From NCBI GenBank assembly GCA_963666275.2, contig CAXXOA010000002.1, positions 1,344,001 to 1,408,000 of the forward strand: DNA of 64,000 nt. Reading direction: 5' to 3'. Shown here one piece after another: positions 48,785 to 58,990 of this stretch. How positions within the stretch are numbered: the stretch's first letter is position 1; the number at the start of each line of letters is the position of its first letter. The position numbers and the translations under genes were made by a program. The notes below the pieces were generated by a model, which saw nothing but the letters and a program-made list of their open reading frames with translations, was not told where the DNA came from and ran no database searches. Origin of the DNA: Oceanispirochaeta sp. Lineage in GTDB: Bacteria > Spirochaetota > Spirochaetia > DSM-2461.

Positions 48785-48959
48785 ATCAATGAAGTATTTC
48801 ACTGTCGGGTAAGTTTTCCCTCCTTTTCTTATCAGACAGTAAAGAATATGCAGGGTATGTTGTTAACTACCCTGCGGGAAGAAGAGCTTGATTAACTTTT
48901 TTTCCATTTGATTTTTGGGCCCTTGCAGTTTCCTCCTTTTCTGCAAGGGCTTTTTTTTT
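48785..48959 (+). ncRNA. Candidate small RNA (~175 nt) with two CCUCCUUUU loops and an intrinsic terminator
   Basis: Hairpin 48801-48840 with loop TTTTCCCTCCTTTT; hairpin GCAGGGTA/TACCCTGC at 48850-48875; terminator GCCCTTGCAG-TTTCCTCCTTTT-CTGCAAGGGC followed by T9. Confidence 0.6.
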
Positions 48960-49043
48960 CTCCCTATCGTTTATTTTCGCATTTCATTATTTTTTTGTAA
49001 AGAAAAAATTACAATTATGAATAAATCTGTTATAAAACCTTTC

Positions 49044-49760
49044 TTAAAAGGGCAGCAGGCTCATAATCAGTCCTATCAGACCTCCGAACACTCCTCCCCA
49101 GAGAACAAGCCATCCCAGATGTTTTCTGATCATGGCCTGAATGATCTCTTTCACAGCCTGAGGTGTCAGTTCCTCCAGACGGGCGGCTACAATGTTCTCG
49201 ACTTTGGCTATAATATCCTCTGCGGCTTTTCCCGTATCCATTGATCCCGCCAGAGACGCGTGAAACTCGGGACTGGCTGCTTCCGTCAGAATGATCTGCC
49301 GTGTTTTCTCTTTGAAAGGGGCTCTGAATCCTTCAATCACAGAGGCTCCGCCGAACATGCTCAGCATACCTCCCAGGGACGACGAGAGGATTGTTTCGGT
49401 CAGACCGTCAAAGATCCTGTCATAATTGACAGCATCTGCCGCAGCGGAGAAATCCACTTTTGCCGTCATAACACCGGCTTCGTCGTTCATAATCCGGTTC
49501 ACATTTTCAATGGTGAAAAACTGGTTCATGATCATGGTATGAATCCCCTTTTTGAACTCCTGAAAATGGAGGGGAATCACTCCGGAGCCGTACAGCCCGG
49601 GGACTTTTTCAAAAAGCATGTGAATGGCCAGCCAGTTTGTAACGGCTCCCGACAGGGCAAAAAAGCCCATGGACAGAATCTGCTCGCTGAAAACAGGAAC
49701 CATGTAACCCAGGGCTATGACAAGCAGGGTGATCAAAGTTGTGATACTACTCATATTCAT
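49044..49760 (-). CDS. DUF445-family membrane protein
   Basis: 'GAVTNWLAIHMLFEKVPGLYGSGVIP', 'HLGWLVLWGGVFGG'; start trimmed to the ATG at 49760. Confidence 0.85.
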   Translation of the reverse strand: MNMSSITTLITLLVIALGYMVPVFSEQILSMGFFALSGAVTNWLAIHMLFEKVPGLYGSGVIPLHFQEFKKGIHTMIMNQFFTIENVNRIMNDEAGVMTAKVDFSAAADAVNYDRIFDGLTETILSSSLGGMLSMFGGASVIEGFRAPFKEKTRQIILTEAASPEFHASLAGSMDTGKAAEDIIAKVENIVAARLEELTPQAVKEIIQAMIRKHLGWLVLWGGVFGGLIGLIMSLLPF

Positions 49761-49818
49761 TGGTTTTCTCTCTCTTCTATAGTAATGATCCTTGTGATTC
49801 CGATATATTAAATGAGTC

Positions 49819-50898
49819 ATGAAGAGAAAAGCAAGACATAGCAGATTTCCGGGAGTTCTCTTTTTGTTTCTGGTTTTTTCCCTGTCAGCTCTGCCTGCCC
49901 AGGAGAGCTGGCCCGAGCCTGTTCCCATTGGGGATTTCTCCTTTGATGTGCTGGATTTTTCTGTCATCGGATGGTCCAGAGAGGGGCGGCTGGCCTACGG
50001 GGTCACAGTTCCCGCCGAAGGGGGCGGATTCAAGTGGCAGTGGTTTGTCCAGGATCTTATAGAAGATTCGATCCTCTATACAAGCCCGGAATGGACCCTT
50101 ATGTCAGGACAGTCTCCTGCTGAACTTTGGAAAAAGCACCCTGAATGGCATTCTCAGCTCATCCGATTTCATATCGATCAGATAGACAGTTCGGCAAAAG
50201 CGGAAAAAATCTTTCAGATAGAAGGTGTCTCCTACAGGCTGGAAACCCTTATGGACCGGTCCGAATCGAATGACAACCCGGAAGGATTAACCCGGAGAAT
50301 CAGGGTCAACCTGTACCGGAATCATACAACTGCCAAGTCCATTTACGATTATGAACCCGATCCTGAACGGGAAGTCGTGGATGATATGATTATAAAGGGC
50401 TATCTCCAGAGTCCCTATGAAAAGAGGCTGGCCGTGGTAGCCCTGGAGAAATCCGGTGCTGATGCGGACTCTCTTGTCTGGAAGTACAGGGTTTTCGGGG
50501 CCCACAGAACCCTGGGGTTCTCCGCTGTGGAAACCGGAGGGAGCCGGCTGGCCGAAGCGGTCCTGAACGGACAGTACTACGTTGCCAGGATGTTTCTTGA
50601 AAACGGCGCTGATCCTGAGGAGTCGGATCCCCGGGGGTATACGGCGCTTCTGGGAGCTTCCCGGAGGGGCCTGTGGGATATCGTCCTGCTCCTTCTGGAA
50701 GCCGGCGCGAACCCTCATGTGGCTGATGACCGGGGCAGGACCCCACTGCACTATGCTGTCGCCGCGGATGCGGAGGAAGCGGTAAAGGCTCTGGTTCTGA
50801 AAGGGGCTGATCCCGAGAGGAAAGACAGCGCGGGACTGACCCCTTCACAGGAAGCCGCTATCAGGGGTCTGGGACATCTGGCTTCCTATTTGAAATGA
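49819..50898 (+). CDS. Exported ankyrin-repeat protein
   Basis: Signal peptide; C-terminal ankyrin repeats 'GYTALL', 'GRTPLHYA', 'GADP'. Confidence 0.8.
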   Translation: MKRKARHSRFPGVLFLFLVFSLSALPAQESWPEPVPIGDFSFDVLDFSVIGWSREGRLAYGVTVPAEGGGFKWQWFVQDLIEDSILYTSPEWTLMSGQSPAELWKKHPEWHSQLIRFHIDQIDSSAKAEKIFQIEGVSYRLETLMDRSESNDNPEGLTRRIRVNLYRNHTTAKSIYDYEPDPEREVVDDMIIKGYLQSPYEKRLAVVALEKSGADADSLVWKYRVFGAHRTLGFSAVETGGSRLAEAVLNGQYYVARMFLENGADPEESDPRGYTALLGASRRGLWDIVLLLLEAGANPHVADDRGRTPLHYAVAADAEEAVKALVLKGADPERKDSAGLTPSQEAAIRGLGHLASYLK

Positions 50899-50920
50899 AA
50901 AGTTTCCGGGAGGATGAAGA

Positions 50921-51955
50921 ATGAGGTATGCGGATTTCAGAAGCGATACGGTCACACTGCCGACGCGGGATATGTATGAGGCTATGGCTCAGGCGGAGCT
51001 GGGAGACGATGTCTACGAAGATGATCCGACTCTGAAATCCCTGGAGGCCTATGCGGCGGATCTTCTGGGAAAAGAGGCTGCCCTGTTTGTTCCTTCGGGA
51101 ACATTCTGCAATCAGCTTGCCATCATGACCCATACCCGCCGGGGAGACGAAGTCATCGTCGGCGAGGGGTCCCATATCCTTCAGCATGAAGTGGGCGCTG
51201 CGGCCGTACTTTCCGGTGTGAATCTGAGGTCTGTTTCTCCCGACAGGGGGAGGATGGATAAAGCGACCGTGGCCGCAATGATCCGGGGAAAGGATGTCCA
51301 CTTTCCCGATACGGGGCTTATCTGTGTGGAGAATGCCCACTCCTGCGGCAGAGTCCTGCCTCTGAAAGACATGGAGGGGATCGCTTCCCTGGCGTCAGAG
51401 CATGGAATTCCGGTTCATCTTGACGGGGCCCGGTTTTTCAATGCCGCCATTGCTCTGGGAGCAGAGTATAAAACCCTGGCGTCCCTGGCGGATTCCATCA
51501 ATATCTGCCTTTCCAAGGGGCTCTGCGCTCCTGTAGGTTCCCTTCTTGTGGGAAAGAGGGTATTCATTGAGAAGGCCCGACGGAACAGGAAGCTTATGGG
51601 GGGCGGAATGCGTCAGGCCGGGATTCTGGGCGCTGCGGGACTGGTGGCTCTTCAAACCATGATTCCCCGGCTGGCGGAAGACCATGACAATGCCCGCTAC
51701 CTGGCGGCACAGCTGGGACGTCTTCCCGGGGTGGATGTTTCCCAGGATAGACTGGATATCAATATGGTATTTTTCACCCTCTCTTCTCAGCTCCTGAAGC
51801 CAGGGGTTCTGATTCAGAAGCTTCTTGAAAAAGGAATCAGGGTCAACGGACCCGAACAGAATGAATACAGGTTTGTAACCAACCACGGCGTGGGGAGGGA
51901 AGATATAGACAGCCTTGTCTCTACAGTCAAGGAGATCCTGGACGCCTCTGCCTAG
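50921..51955 (+). CDS. ltaE: Low-specificity L-threonine aldolase
   Basis: 'DFRSDTVT', 'GDDVY..DPT', 'HLDGAR', 'CLSKGLCAPVGS'. Confidence 0.95.
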   Translation: MRYADFRSDTVTLPTRDMYEAMAQAELGDDVYEDDPTLKSLEAYAADLLGKEAALFVPSGTFCNQLAIMTHTRRGDEVIVGEGSHILQHEVGAAAVLSGVNLRSVSPDRGRMDKATVAAMIRGKDVHFPDTGLICVENAHSCGRVLPLKDMEGIASLASEHGIPVHLDGARFFNAAIALGAEYKTLASLADSINICLSKGLCAPVGSLLVGKRVFIEKARRNRKLMGGGMRQAGILGAAGLVALQTMIPRLAEDHDNARYLAAQLGRLPGVDVSQDRLDINMVFFTLSSQLLKPGVLIQKLLEKGIRVNGPEQNEYRFVTNHGVGREDIDSLVSTVKEILDASA

Positions 51956-52435
51956 TCACTTGTGGTAGGGCTCGTTCCGGATGATCCGGAAAGACCGGTA
52001 GATCTGCTCCAGAAGGATCACCCGTATCATCTGATGGGGAAAGGTCATGGCTGAGAACGACAGGGCCAGACTGCTCTGACGGCAGACTTCCGGGCTGAGT
52101 CCCAGTGATCCCCCTATGATGAAGCAGATATGATCCTTTCCTTTGTGGGGAACCTGCTCCATCCAGCGGGCCAGTTTTTCCGAGCTCAGAGATCTGCCTT
52201 CAATCTCGAGGGTCACCGCAAGGGCATCCCGGGGGAGGAGCTGAAGGATCCGCTCTCCCTCCCTTTCTTTCACCTTTTCCTGATCGGCCGGACTGGCATT
52301 CTCCGGGCACTTTTCATCAGCCACCTCTCTGATTTCCAGTCTGCAGTAACGGCTCAGCCTTTTGGAGTACTCCTCAATGGCGGATTTCCAGTATTTTTCT
52401 TTCAGTTTGCCCACTGTTATCAGAGTAATTTTCAA
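51956..52435 (-). CDS. rlmH: 23S rRNA m3-pseudouridine-1915 methyltransferase
   Basis: 'VGKLKEKY', 'FIIGGSLG', 'MTFPHQ..LLEQIYR..PYHK'. Confidence 0.97.
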   Translation of the reverse strand: MKITLITVGKLKEKYWKSAIEEYSKRLSRYCRLEIREVADEKCPENASPADQEKVKEREGERILQLLPRDALAVTLEIEGRSLSSEKLARWMEQVPHKGKDHICFIIGGSLGLSPEVCRQSSLALSFSAMTFPHQMIRVILLEQIYRSFRIIRNEPYHK

Positions 52436-52600
52436 AAGAGGCCTCCCCTAAGCATTTTACCACCGGGCTCCGATAAGAACCAGCCCAGGCATTGTCAGAC
52501 AAAGAACAGGGCAATTCCTTACCGTCAATATGTTTGGGCGCTGGACACAGAGGCGGGTCTGTGATTTATAATAGGGGACTCAAAAAGCGGGGGGATTGAT

Positions 52601-53914
52601 TTGAAATCAGTAAAAGATAATGTCACCGCATTCCTTAAAAAATACGGAATGCACTATGAAGATCTGGATATGAAGGCCTGTGTGGAATCCTTTCTGGACG
52701 AAATGGAAAAAGGGCTCTCTCCCGAAGGAAGCTCTATCGCCATGATTCCCACATTTATTGAAACAGGGAAACCCATTCCTGTGGGAAAGAAAGTGGTTGT
52801 ACTGGATGCGGGAGGTACAAATCTCAGAACCGCCCTGGTTTCGTTTAATGAAAAATATGAACCTGTGATTGAACATTTTCAGAAGAATCCCATGCCGGGA
52901 ACCAAAGGCGCTGTCAGCAGGGACGAATTCTTTCAGATCCTGGGAGACTATATTCTGGATCTGGTACCGAAAGGGGAAAAAATCGGCTTCTGTTTCTCCT
53001 ATCCCACAGAGATCTATCCCAATAAAGACGGCCGCCTTATCAAATTCAGCAAAGAGGTGGAGTGTCCGGAAGTTCACGGTCAGATGATCGGGGAAAATCT
53101 TCTGGCCTATCTGAAAAAGAAAGGACTGAAGGATGATAAAGAGATTGTAATCCTCAATGATACAGTCGCCACGCTCCTGACCGGTATGATCTCCTTTCCC
53201 GATGAAGTCTTCAGCGACTATATCGGGTATATTTTCGGTACGGGCATCAACAGCTGCTATATAGAATCCAACAGTAAAATTCTGAAACAGGAGCATCTCA
53301 ATCCCGAACATAATCAGATCATCAACACCGAATGCGGCTCCTTCAACGGACACCCCCGGGGGGAGATTGACAGGGAACTGGACAAGGGAACTCAGGATCC
53401 CGGTGCCTACCAGCTTGAAAAAATGACAACCGGCGGATACTTCGGCCTTGTGATTACCAAAACACTGGAAAAGGCCCTGGAGGACGGGCTGTTTTCGGAA
53501 GAAGCCGCCTCCGCACTGAAAGAGGCGGGCCGGCTCTCGACCAAAGATGTGGATGACTACTGCCATAATCCCCATAACAGAGAGAACAGGCTTGTGAAAA
53601 TCCTGGAGGATAAAACAGCTGAAGACAGAGAGACCCTGTTCTTTCTGATTGATGATCTGCTAGAAAGAGCCGCAAGGCTGGCGGCCTGCTCCATGGCGGG
53701 AACCCTGCTGAAAGGGGGAAAGGGCACATCGCCCCTTGAACCTGTCTGTCTGACCGTTGACGGAACAACATTCTACTGTTTCTTCCACTTCCGCTACAGA
53801 GTGGAAGCCTATCTGAAAGAGCTTCTCAGCGGTGAAAATCAGAGATTCTATAAAATTGTCAAAGTGGAAGACGCCCCTCTTCTGGGAGCGGCCATCGCAG
53901 CCCTGACAAATTGA
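52601..53914 (+). CDS. Hexokinase (Hexokinase_1/2 type)
   Basis: 'LDAGGTNLR', 'GFCFSYP', 'LNDTVATLL', 'FGTGINSCY', 'INTECG'. Confidence 0.9.
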   Translation: MKSVKDNVTAFLKKYGMHYEDLDMKACVESFLDEMEKGLSPEGSSIAMIPTFIETGKPIPVGKKVVVLDAGGTNLRTALVSFNEKYEPVIEHFQKNPMPGTKGAVSRDEFFQILGDYILDLVPKGEKIGFCFSYPTEIYPNKDGRLIKFSKEVECPEVHGQMIGENLLAYLKKKGLKDDKEIVILNDTVATLLTGMISFPDEVFSDYIGYIFGTGINSCYIESNSKILKQEHLNPEHNQIINTECGSFNGHPRGEIDRELDKGTQDPGAYQLEKMTTGGYFGLVITKTLEKALEDGLFSEEAASALKEAGRLSTKDVDDYCHNPHNRENRLVKILEDKTAEDRETLFFLIDDLLERAARLAACSMAGTLLKGGKGTSPLEPVCLTVDGTTFYCFFHFRYRVEAYLKELLSGENQRFYKIVKVEDAPLLGAAIAALTN

Positions 53915-53921
53915 CCCGTCC

Positions 53922-53956
53922 TTCTCCGGAAACTCCCTCCAGAGGTTTCCGGAGAA
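53922..53956 (+). terminator. Hairpin after hexokinase
   Basis: TTCTCCGGAAAC..GTTTCCGGAGAA stem. Confidence 0.6.
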
Positions 53957-54049
53957 ACTTATTCTGAAAAATCCTTTCTTCTGGAAATGAGAGAGGAAAA
54001 AGACGATACTGAAAGAAGAACATAATGCGTATCGTATCTGGAGTGTCAT

Positions 54050-54445
54050 GTGGAAAATTCATCCCTCCTGGAGGGAAAAAAGATAATAATTGCCGATGAT
54101 GAAACCTTTATCAGGCAGCATATTACAAGAAAACTCTCTTCCCTGGGGCTGACCGTTTTTGAAGCTGAAACAGGGGATCAGGTTCTGGCTCTGCTGCGCA
54201 GTCATCCCGATGTCATCCTGATGGACGTGAAAATGCCCGGAACAGACGGGTATGAAACCACCCGGCAGATCCGATCCGATCTGGTTGCCGCGGATATTCC
54301 TGTGATCCTGCTGAGTGCTCTTTCAGATCAGGATGATATCGATTACGGGTTCAAAATGGGGGCGAATGATTTCCTCACCAAGCCAGTCACCTTTGCCATT
54401 ATTCTGGAAACCATAAAAAGGCAGCTGAATTCCGTTGCTTTGTGA
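54050..54445 (+). CDS. Single-domain response regulator
   Basis: 'IADDE', 'LMDVKMP', 'FLTKP'. Confidence 0.9.
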   Translation: MENSSLLEGKKIIIADDETFIRQHITRKLSSLGLTVFEAETGDQVLALLRSHPDVILMDVKMPGTDGYETTRQIRSDLVAADIPVILLSALSDQDDIDYGFKMGANDFLTKPVTFAIILETIKRQLNSVAL

Positions 54446-54500
54446 ACTATTATAAAAGAAAGACATTGTACAAATTTCCTGCAGAGGATGCCGTTTTAAT

Positions 54501-56522
54501 ATGAATACAGAACGGATGACCGAAATGGAACGCAGGAAAATTCAGAGGCAGATGTTTGCCCTGGAGGATGAAAAAGAGGCTGTTGAAGCCCGATACCGAT
54601 TCCTCCTCGAGCAGGCTCAGGTTGGAATTTTCCGGATTGATTCAGAAACTGGTTATCTCATTGAAGCAAATAAAGAAACAGTTCAGCTCTTTCACTGTGA
54701 GACCCTGGAGGAACTGAAAGAACATCTGGATCCTGATAATCATGAATCCAGCCGTTTTTTCGATCCCCGGCAGTTTCAGAATATGTCCGACGGCGATGCG
54801 GTCTCTTTCTCCATGCACGCCAACAAAAAAGACGGGACTGCCTTCTGGGCACGGGTGATACTTCAGAGCCTCAGAGAATCTTCCTGCCTGGAGGGGATCA
54901 TCTCGGATATTTCCGATCAGGTCAGGATGGATATTGAGCTTCGGAAGGCGATCATTTCGGCCGAAAATGCCAGGAAAGAGGCCGTAGAGGCCAACAAAGC
55001 CAAAAGCGACTTCCTGGCAAATATCTCCCATGAAATCCGGACACCCCTCAACGGCATCATCGGCTTTACCGAAATCATCATGGCTTCCATAGACTCTCCG
55101 GAAGGGCACCTTTATGCGGGGAAGATCCTGGATGAGTCAGAAAACCTGATGACATTGATCAATCAGCTTCTGGATATTGCAAAAATCGAGGCAAAACAGC
55201 TGCAGCTCAATGAGGAACCTTTCTATCTGAGGAATCTCCTGGCTGAAACCATCAGTTTCATGAGGCTGAGAGCCCGTAACAAGGGGCTGAAGCTGAATGT
55301 TGATTTTGACGAGAGGCTTCCCTCCTGCATTGTGGGGGATTCCTACAGAATCCGCCAGATCCTGCTGAACCTTTTATCCAATGCCGTCAAATTCACCAAT
55401 GCGGGGAGCGTCTCTCTCCGGGCTGTGAGAGAACTTAAAAGCGAGAGGGAACTGATTGTCCGGTTTGAGGTGGAAGATACGGGGATAGGAATTCCCGAAT
55501 CCATGCATGATGCTGTTTTTGAGAGCTTTGTTCAGGCCGACAGCTCCATCTCCCGGCAGTTCGGCGGGACCGGGCTTGGTATTTCCATCTCCCGTGAGCT
55601 GGCGGAGCTTATGGGGGGACATTTATGGTTTGAAAGCCAGGTGGATCTGGGCTCAACATTCTTCTTCACCATAAAAACCGAGGTTGCCGAGGATTTTAAT
55701 CCCGATGCCGCAAGAGATAAAGGCAGCAGACTTCTGGAAGGGAAAAGTCTCAAAGGTGTGAAAGTCCTTATCGTTGAGGACTATCCCACCAACAGGGAAA
55801 TAGCCCAGCACCATCTCGAGTCGGCGGGCTGCCATGTTGATCTGGCATCCAACGGCCTGCTGGCCCTGGAACTGGTCCGGAAACAAAGTTATGAGATCAT
55901 ACTCATGGATGTGCACATGCCGGATATCAGCGGACTGGAAGTGACAAGAAAAATCCGGTCCATTCCGGAGTTTAAGGATATTCCCATCATAGGAATGACC
56001 GCCAATGTGATGCCTGCCAACCGGCAGGAATGCAGGGAGGCGGGGATGAATGATTTCATTGCCAAGCCTCTCAGAAAAAAGGGCCTGCTGGATACTGTTG
56101 AGTTCTGGCATACCCATCATAGGGGGACCCGGGAAAAAATCCTTCCCGAACCACCTGTGTTCAGGAATGAACAGGCATCGGACGCTCCTCTGAACTATCA
56201 GAAGTTCCTTGAGGAGATGGACGGGGATGAACGCTTCGCCGGAGAGGTTATCAGAGGGTTCCTTTTAGAACTGGATCATCAGATAGACCTCATTCATAAA
56301 GCCCGGGAAGATCAGGAGTGGAGTATTATTCACAGGGAAGCTCATGCCATCAAGGGAGGGGCACTCAATCTCAGCGCCTATTCCCTGGCAGAGTGGGCTT
56401 TCGCCCTGGAACGGGCTGCCCTGAGCGAACATACTGCCATGATCCCTCTTCTTCTGAGGGAACTGGACCGTTCTCTGGACCTGTTCAGGGAATTCTGCCG
56501 GGTGACTCTGGGATCGGATTGA
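54501..56522 (+). CDS. Cytoplasmic hybrid histidine kinase (PAS-HisKA-HATPase-REC-HPt)
   Basis: 'SHEIRTPLNG', 'GGTGLG', 'LMDVHMP', HPt 'AHAIKGG'; no TM segments. Confidence 0.92.
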   Translation: MNTERMTEMERRKIQRQMFALEDEKEAVEARYRFLLEQAQVGIFRIDSETGYLIEANKETVQLFHCETLEELKEHLDPDNHESSRFFDPRQFQNMSDGDAVSFSMHANKKDGTAFWARVILQSLRESSCLEGIISDISDQVRMDIELRKAIISAENARKEAVEANKAKSDFLANISHEIRTPLNGIIGFTEIIMASIDSPEGHLYAGKILDESENLMTLINQLLDIAKIEAKQLQLNEEPFYLRNLLAETISFMRLRARNKGLKLNVDFDERLPSCIVGDSYRIRQILLNLLSNAVKFTNAGSVSLRAVRELKSERELIVRFEVEDTGIGIPESMHDAVFESFVQADSSISRQFGGTGLGISISRELAELMGGHLWFESQVDLGSTFFFTIKTEVAEDFNPDAARDKGSRLLEGKSLKGVKVLIVEDYPTNREIAQHHLESAGCHVDLASNGLLALELVRKQSYEIILMDVHMPDISGLEVTRKIRSIPEFKDIPIIGMTANVMPANRQECREAGMNDFIAKPLRKKGLLDTVEFWHTHHRGTREKILPEPPVFRNEQASDAPLNYQKFLEEMDGDERFAGEVIRGFLLELDHQIDLIHKAREDQEWSIIHREAHAIKGGALNLSAYSLAEWAFALERAALSEHTAMIPLLLRELDRSLDLFREFCRVTLGSD

Positions 56523-56571
56523 TCTGCTGCCCGGGATTGCCCTCCCTTTCCGCTTCGGTTAAGATGGATCC

Positions 56572-58392
56572 ATGACAGAAAAATCTCTCGCATTATACAA
56601 ACAGGTCCCTGTCAGGGTCGGTGAAATCGGTGCTGATAAACTCATGATCTATCTTCCCGATGGAAAAAGCAAAAAAGTCAGACCCAAGGACATACTTGTC
56701 ATTCATCCCGGCCCGGTTGATTCCACAGCCGCTCTGGAGCCGCCGGCGGCAGATCCATCGGAAGCCTGGGAACTCCTTCAGGGGGAGTCTCCGTCTCTGG
56801 AGGAGCTGGCTGAGCTTGTATATGGAGAGTTCACTCCCCGTACCGCCTGGGGAGCTTTTCTTCTGCTGAACAGAACTCCCTGGTTCCGGGGAACCCCCGA
56901 TGCCATTGAGGTCCGCTCTCCCGAAGAGGTGGAGCAGATCCAGAAGGCGGAACAGGAGAAAAAAGAGGCGGAACTCCGCTGGAACTCCTTTATGGAGGAT
57001 CTCAGAAAGGGACAGATCCGGGAGGAGAATCGGGGATTTCTGACGGATCTTGAGCAGTATGCCCTTCAGAAGAGCAGGCGTTCCAGGATCATGCAGGACC
57101 TGGGAAAACAGCAGTCTCCTGAAAACGCCCATAGGCTGCTTCTGAATCTGGGGGTCTGGGAAGATCGGAAAAATCCCTGGCCCGACCGTTTTGATATGCC
57201 CGGGAGTGCTCCGGATTTCGCCCTGGAAGAGGGGGTGGATGTTCCCCGCGAGGATCTGTGCGGTATGGCCTCTTTTGCCATTGACGATGAGGGGAACCAG
57301 GATCCGGATGATGCGGTGAGCTTTCAGGACGGGTGGATGTGGGTTCATATCGCCGACAGCAGTTCTCTGATTCCTCCCGGCAGCAGTGCGGACAGTGAAG
57401 CCAGGGGGCGGGCAGCCAACCTCTATCTGCCCGAAGGGGTCATTCCCATGCTGCCACCGCTGGCTACCGAGCGTCTGGGACTGGGGCTGCAGGAGATCTC
57501 TCCCGCACTTTCATTCGGGTTCAAAATAGACGGCAGTTATGAGATCACCGATTTCAGAATGACCTTTTCTCAGGTGAAGGTCAGCAGAATGACCTACAGG
57601 GAAGCCCAGGAGAGGATGGGGGAAGAACCATTCTGTACCCTGAAAAAGATCACAGACAGATTCAGGGAGAACCGTCTGAACGAAGGGGCCCTTTCTCTGG
57701 TTCTGCCGGAAGTGAAAATCCGGCTTGATGAAGAGGGTGCTATCCGTATCACCCCCCTGGAGGAGTACAGCAGCAGAGACATGGTTGCCGAAGCCATGAT
57801 GATGACAGGAACTTATACCGCCCGTTTTGCCCGGGATAACAATATACCCATTCCCTATGTGATGCAGCCGCCGCCTGAAGGGGATCTGCCGGAGACAGAG
57901 CCAGGCAATCTCGCCTCTATGTTCCAGATGCGGCGCTTTATGAAAAGGAGCCAGGTCACCACGGTTCCCGGTCCGCACAGCGGCATGGGCCTGCCTGTAT
58001 ACACCAGGGCGACCAGCCCTCTCAGAAGGTATTCGGACCTCCTTGTGCAGCAGCAGATCCGCCAGTACCTTGCGGGGCAGCCTCTTCTGACCGAAGAGGA
58101 TATCCTGGAAGGGACCGCTTCCTGTGAGTCCGTGGCCGGTAAAGTGACGAGCGCCGAGAGGTTTTCCAATCTTCACTGGAAACTTGTCTATCTGAAAGAG
58201 AACCCCGGGTGGACAGGTGACGGGGTTGTTGTCGGCCGGGGAGACAAGCAGACGATCCTGGCCATTCCCTCCCTGGCGCTGGAAACCAGGATCGCTCTGA
58301 AAGAGAAGCTGCCTCTGAATACGGTTCTGCAGGTTCAGGTCGAAAAGGTGAATATTCCCGAGCAGCAGGTGATTTTTAAAACTTTTAGTTGA
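56572..58392 (+). CDS. RNB-domain exoribonuclease (RNase II/R family)
   Basis: 'AIDDEGNQDPDDAVS', 'ATSPLRRYSDL'. Confidence 0.92.
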   Translation: MTEKSLALYKQVPVRVGEIGADKLMIYLPDGKSKKVRPKDILVIHPGPVDSTAALEPPAADPSEAWELLQGESPSLEELAELVYGEFTPRTAWGAFLLLNRTPWFRGTPDAIEVRSPEEVEQIQKAEQEKKEAELRWNSFMEDLRKGQIREENRGFLTDLEQYALQKSRRSRIMQDLGKQQSPENAHRLLLNLGVWEDRKNPWPDRFDMPGSAPDFALEEGVDVPREDLCGMASFAIDDEGNQDPDDAVSFQDGWMWVHIADSSSLIPPGSSADSEARGRAANLYLPEGVIPMLPPLATERLGLGLQEISPALSFGFKIDGSYEITDFRMTFSQVKVSRMTYREAQERMGEEPFCTLKKITDRFRENRLNEGALSLVLPEVKIRLDEEGAIRITPLEEYSSRDMVAEAMMMTGTYTARFARDNNIPIPYVMQPPPEGDLPETEPGNLASMFQMRRFMKRSQVTTVPGPHSGMGLPVYTRATSPLRRYSDLLVQQQIRQYLAGQPLLTEEDILEGTASCESVAGKVTSAERFSNLHWKLVYLKENPGWTGDGVVVGRGDKQTILAIPSLALETRIALKEKLPLNTVLQVQVEKVNIPEQQVIFKTFS

Positions 58393-58426
58393 TCTCCCCT
58401 GACACTGTCTATACTATGGTTGTTGT

Positions 58427-58984
58427 ATGAAACGGATTTTCCCGGTACTGCTGTTTTTTCAGACTCTCTTTTTCCTGGAGGCCCAGGAAACGGTCCTTTT
58501 TCCCGAAGGTCTGGAATATGATCCTTTCTATGCCGTCAGGATCACCGACAGTGATGACAACAGCTATGTCCTCAGCAACGCTTTTTATCAGAGCGCCGAA
58601 GGGGAGATCAAATATTTTGTCTGGTTCCGCCGGGGCACCGAACGGGGGGTGGCTGAGTATCCGCTGGATCTGTTTAAAATCCAGTCTCTTTCGCTGACCG
58701 GGAACTATGAGGTTCCCCCCGACGGATTTACCCCCTGTGAAGTGGAGCTGACCTCGGGTGACCTTTTTCAGGGATTTCTGGATACCACCGGTTACTTTGC
58801 CGGGATGGACCAGGATTTCGGCTCTTTCGGCAGGATCTATCTCAACTACAACGGCATTACAAGGGTGGAGTTTCTCCATAATGGAATCTACTCGCGCTGT
58901 CCCTTCTGCGGTGCTATTTTCTACAATCAGCTCTACGAAACCTGTCCCTTTGATCAGACCCTTCTGGAGTGGCAGAATAACTGA
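58427..58984 (+). CDS. Exported hypothetical protein with C-terminal Cys cluster
   Basis: Signal peptide; 'CPFCG..CPFD' zinc-ribbon-like tail. Confidence 0.65.
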   Translation: MKRIFPVLLFFQTLFFLEAQETVLFPEGLEYDPFYAVRITDSDDNSYVLSNAFYQSAEGEIKYFVWFRRGTERGVAEYPLDLFKIQSLSLTGNYEVPPDGFTPCEVELTSGDLFQGFLDTTGYFAGMDQDFGSFGRIYLNYNGITRVEFLHNGIYSRCPFCGAIFYNQLYETCPFDQTLLEWQNN

Positions 58985-58990
58985 CAGTGC

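Noticed and set aside
49761..49967. N-terminal extension of the DUF445 ORF (similarly the extensions at 42196, 27696, 4014 and 61900)
   Set aside because: Several extensions overlap divergent genes or promoter regions, and downstream starts fit the RBS and/or family N-terminus better.
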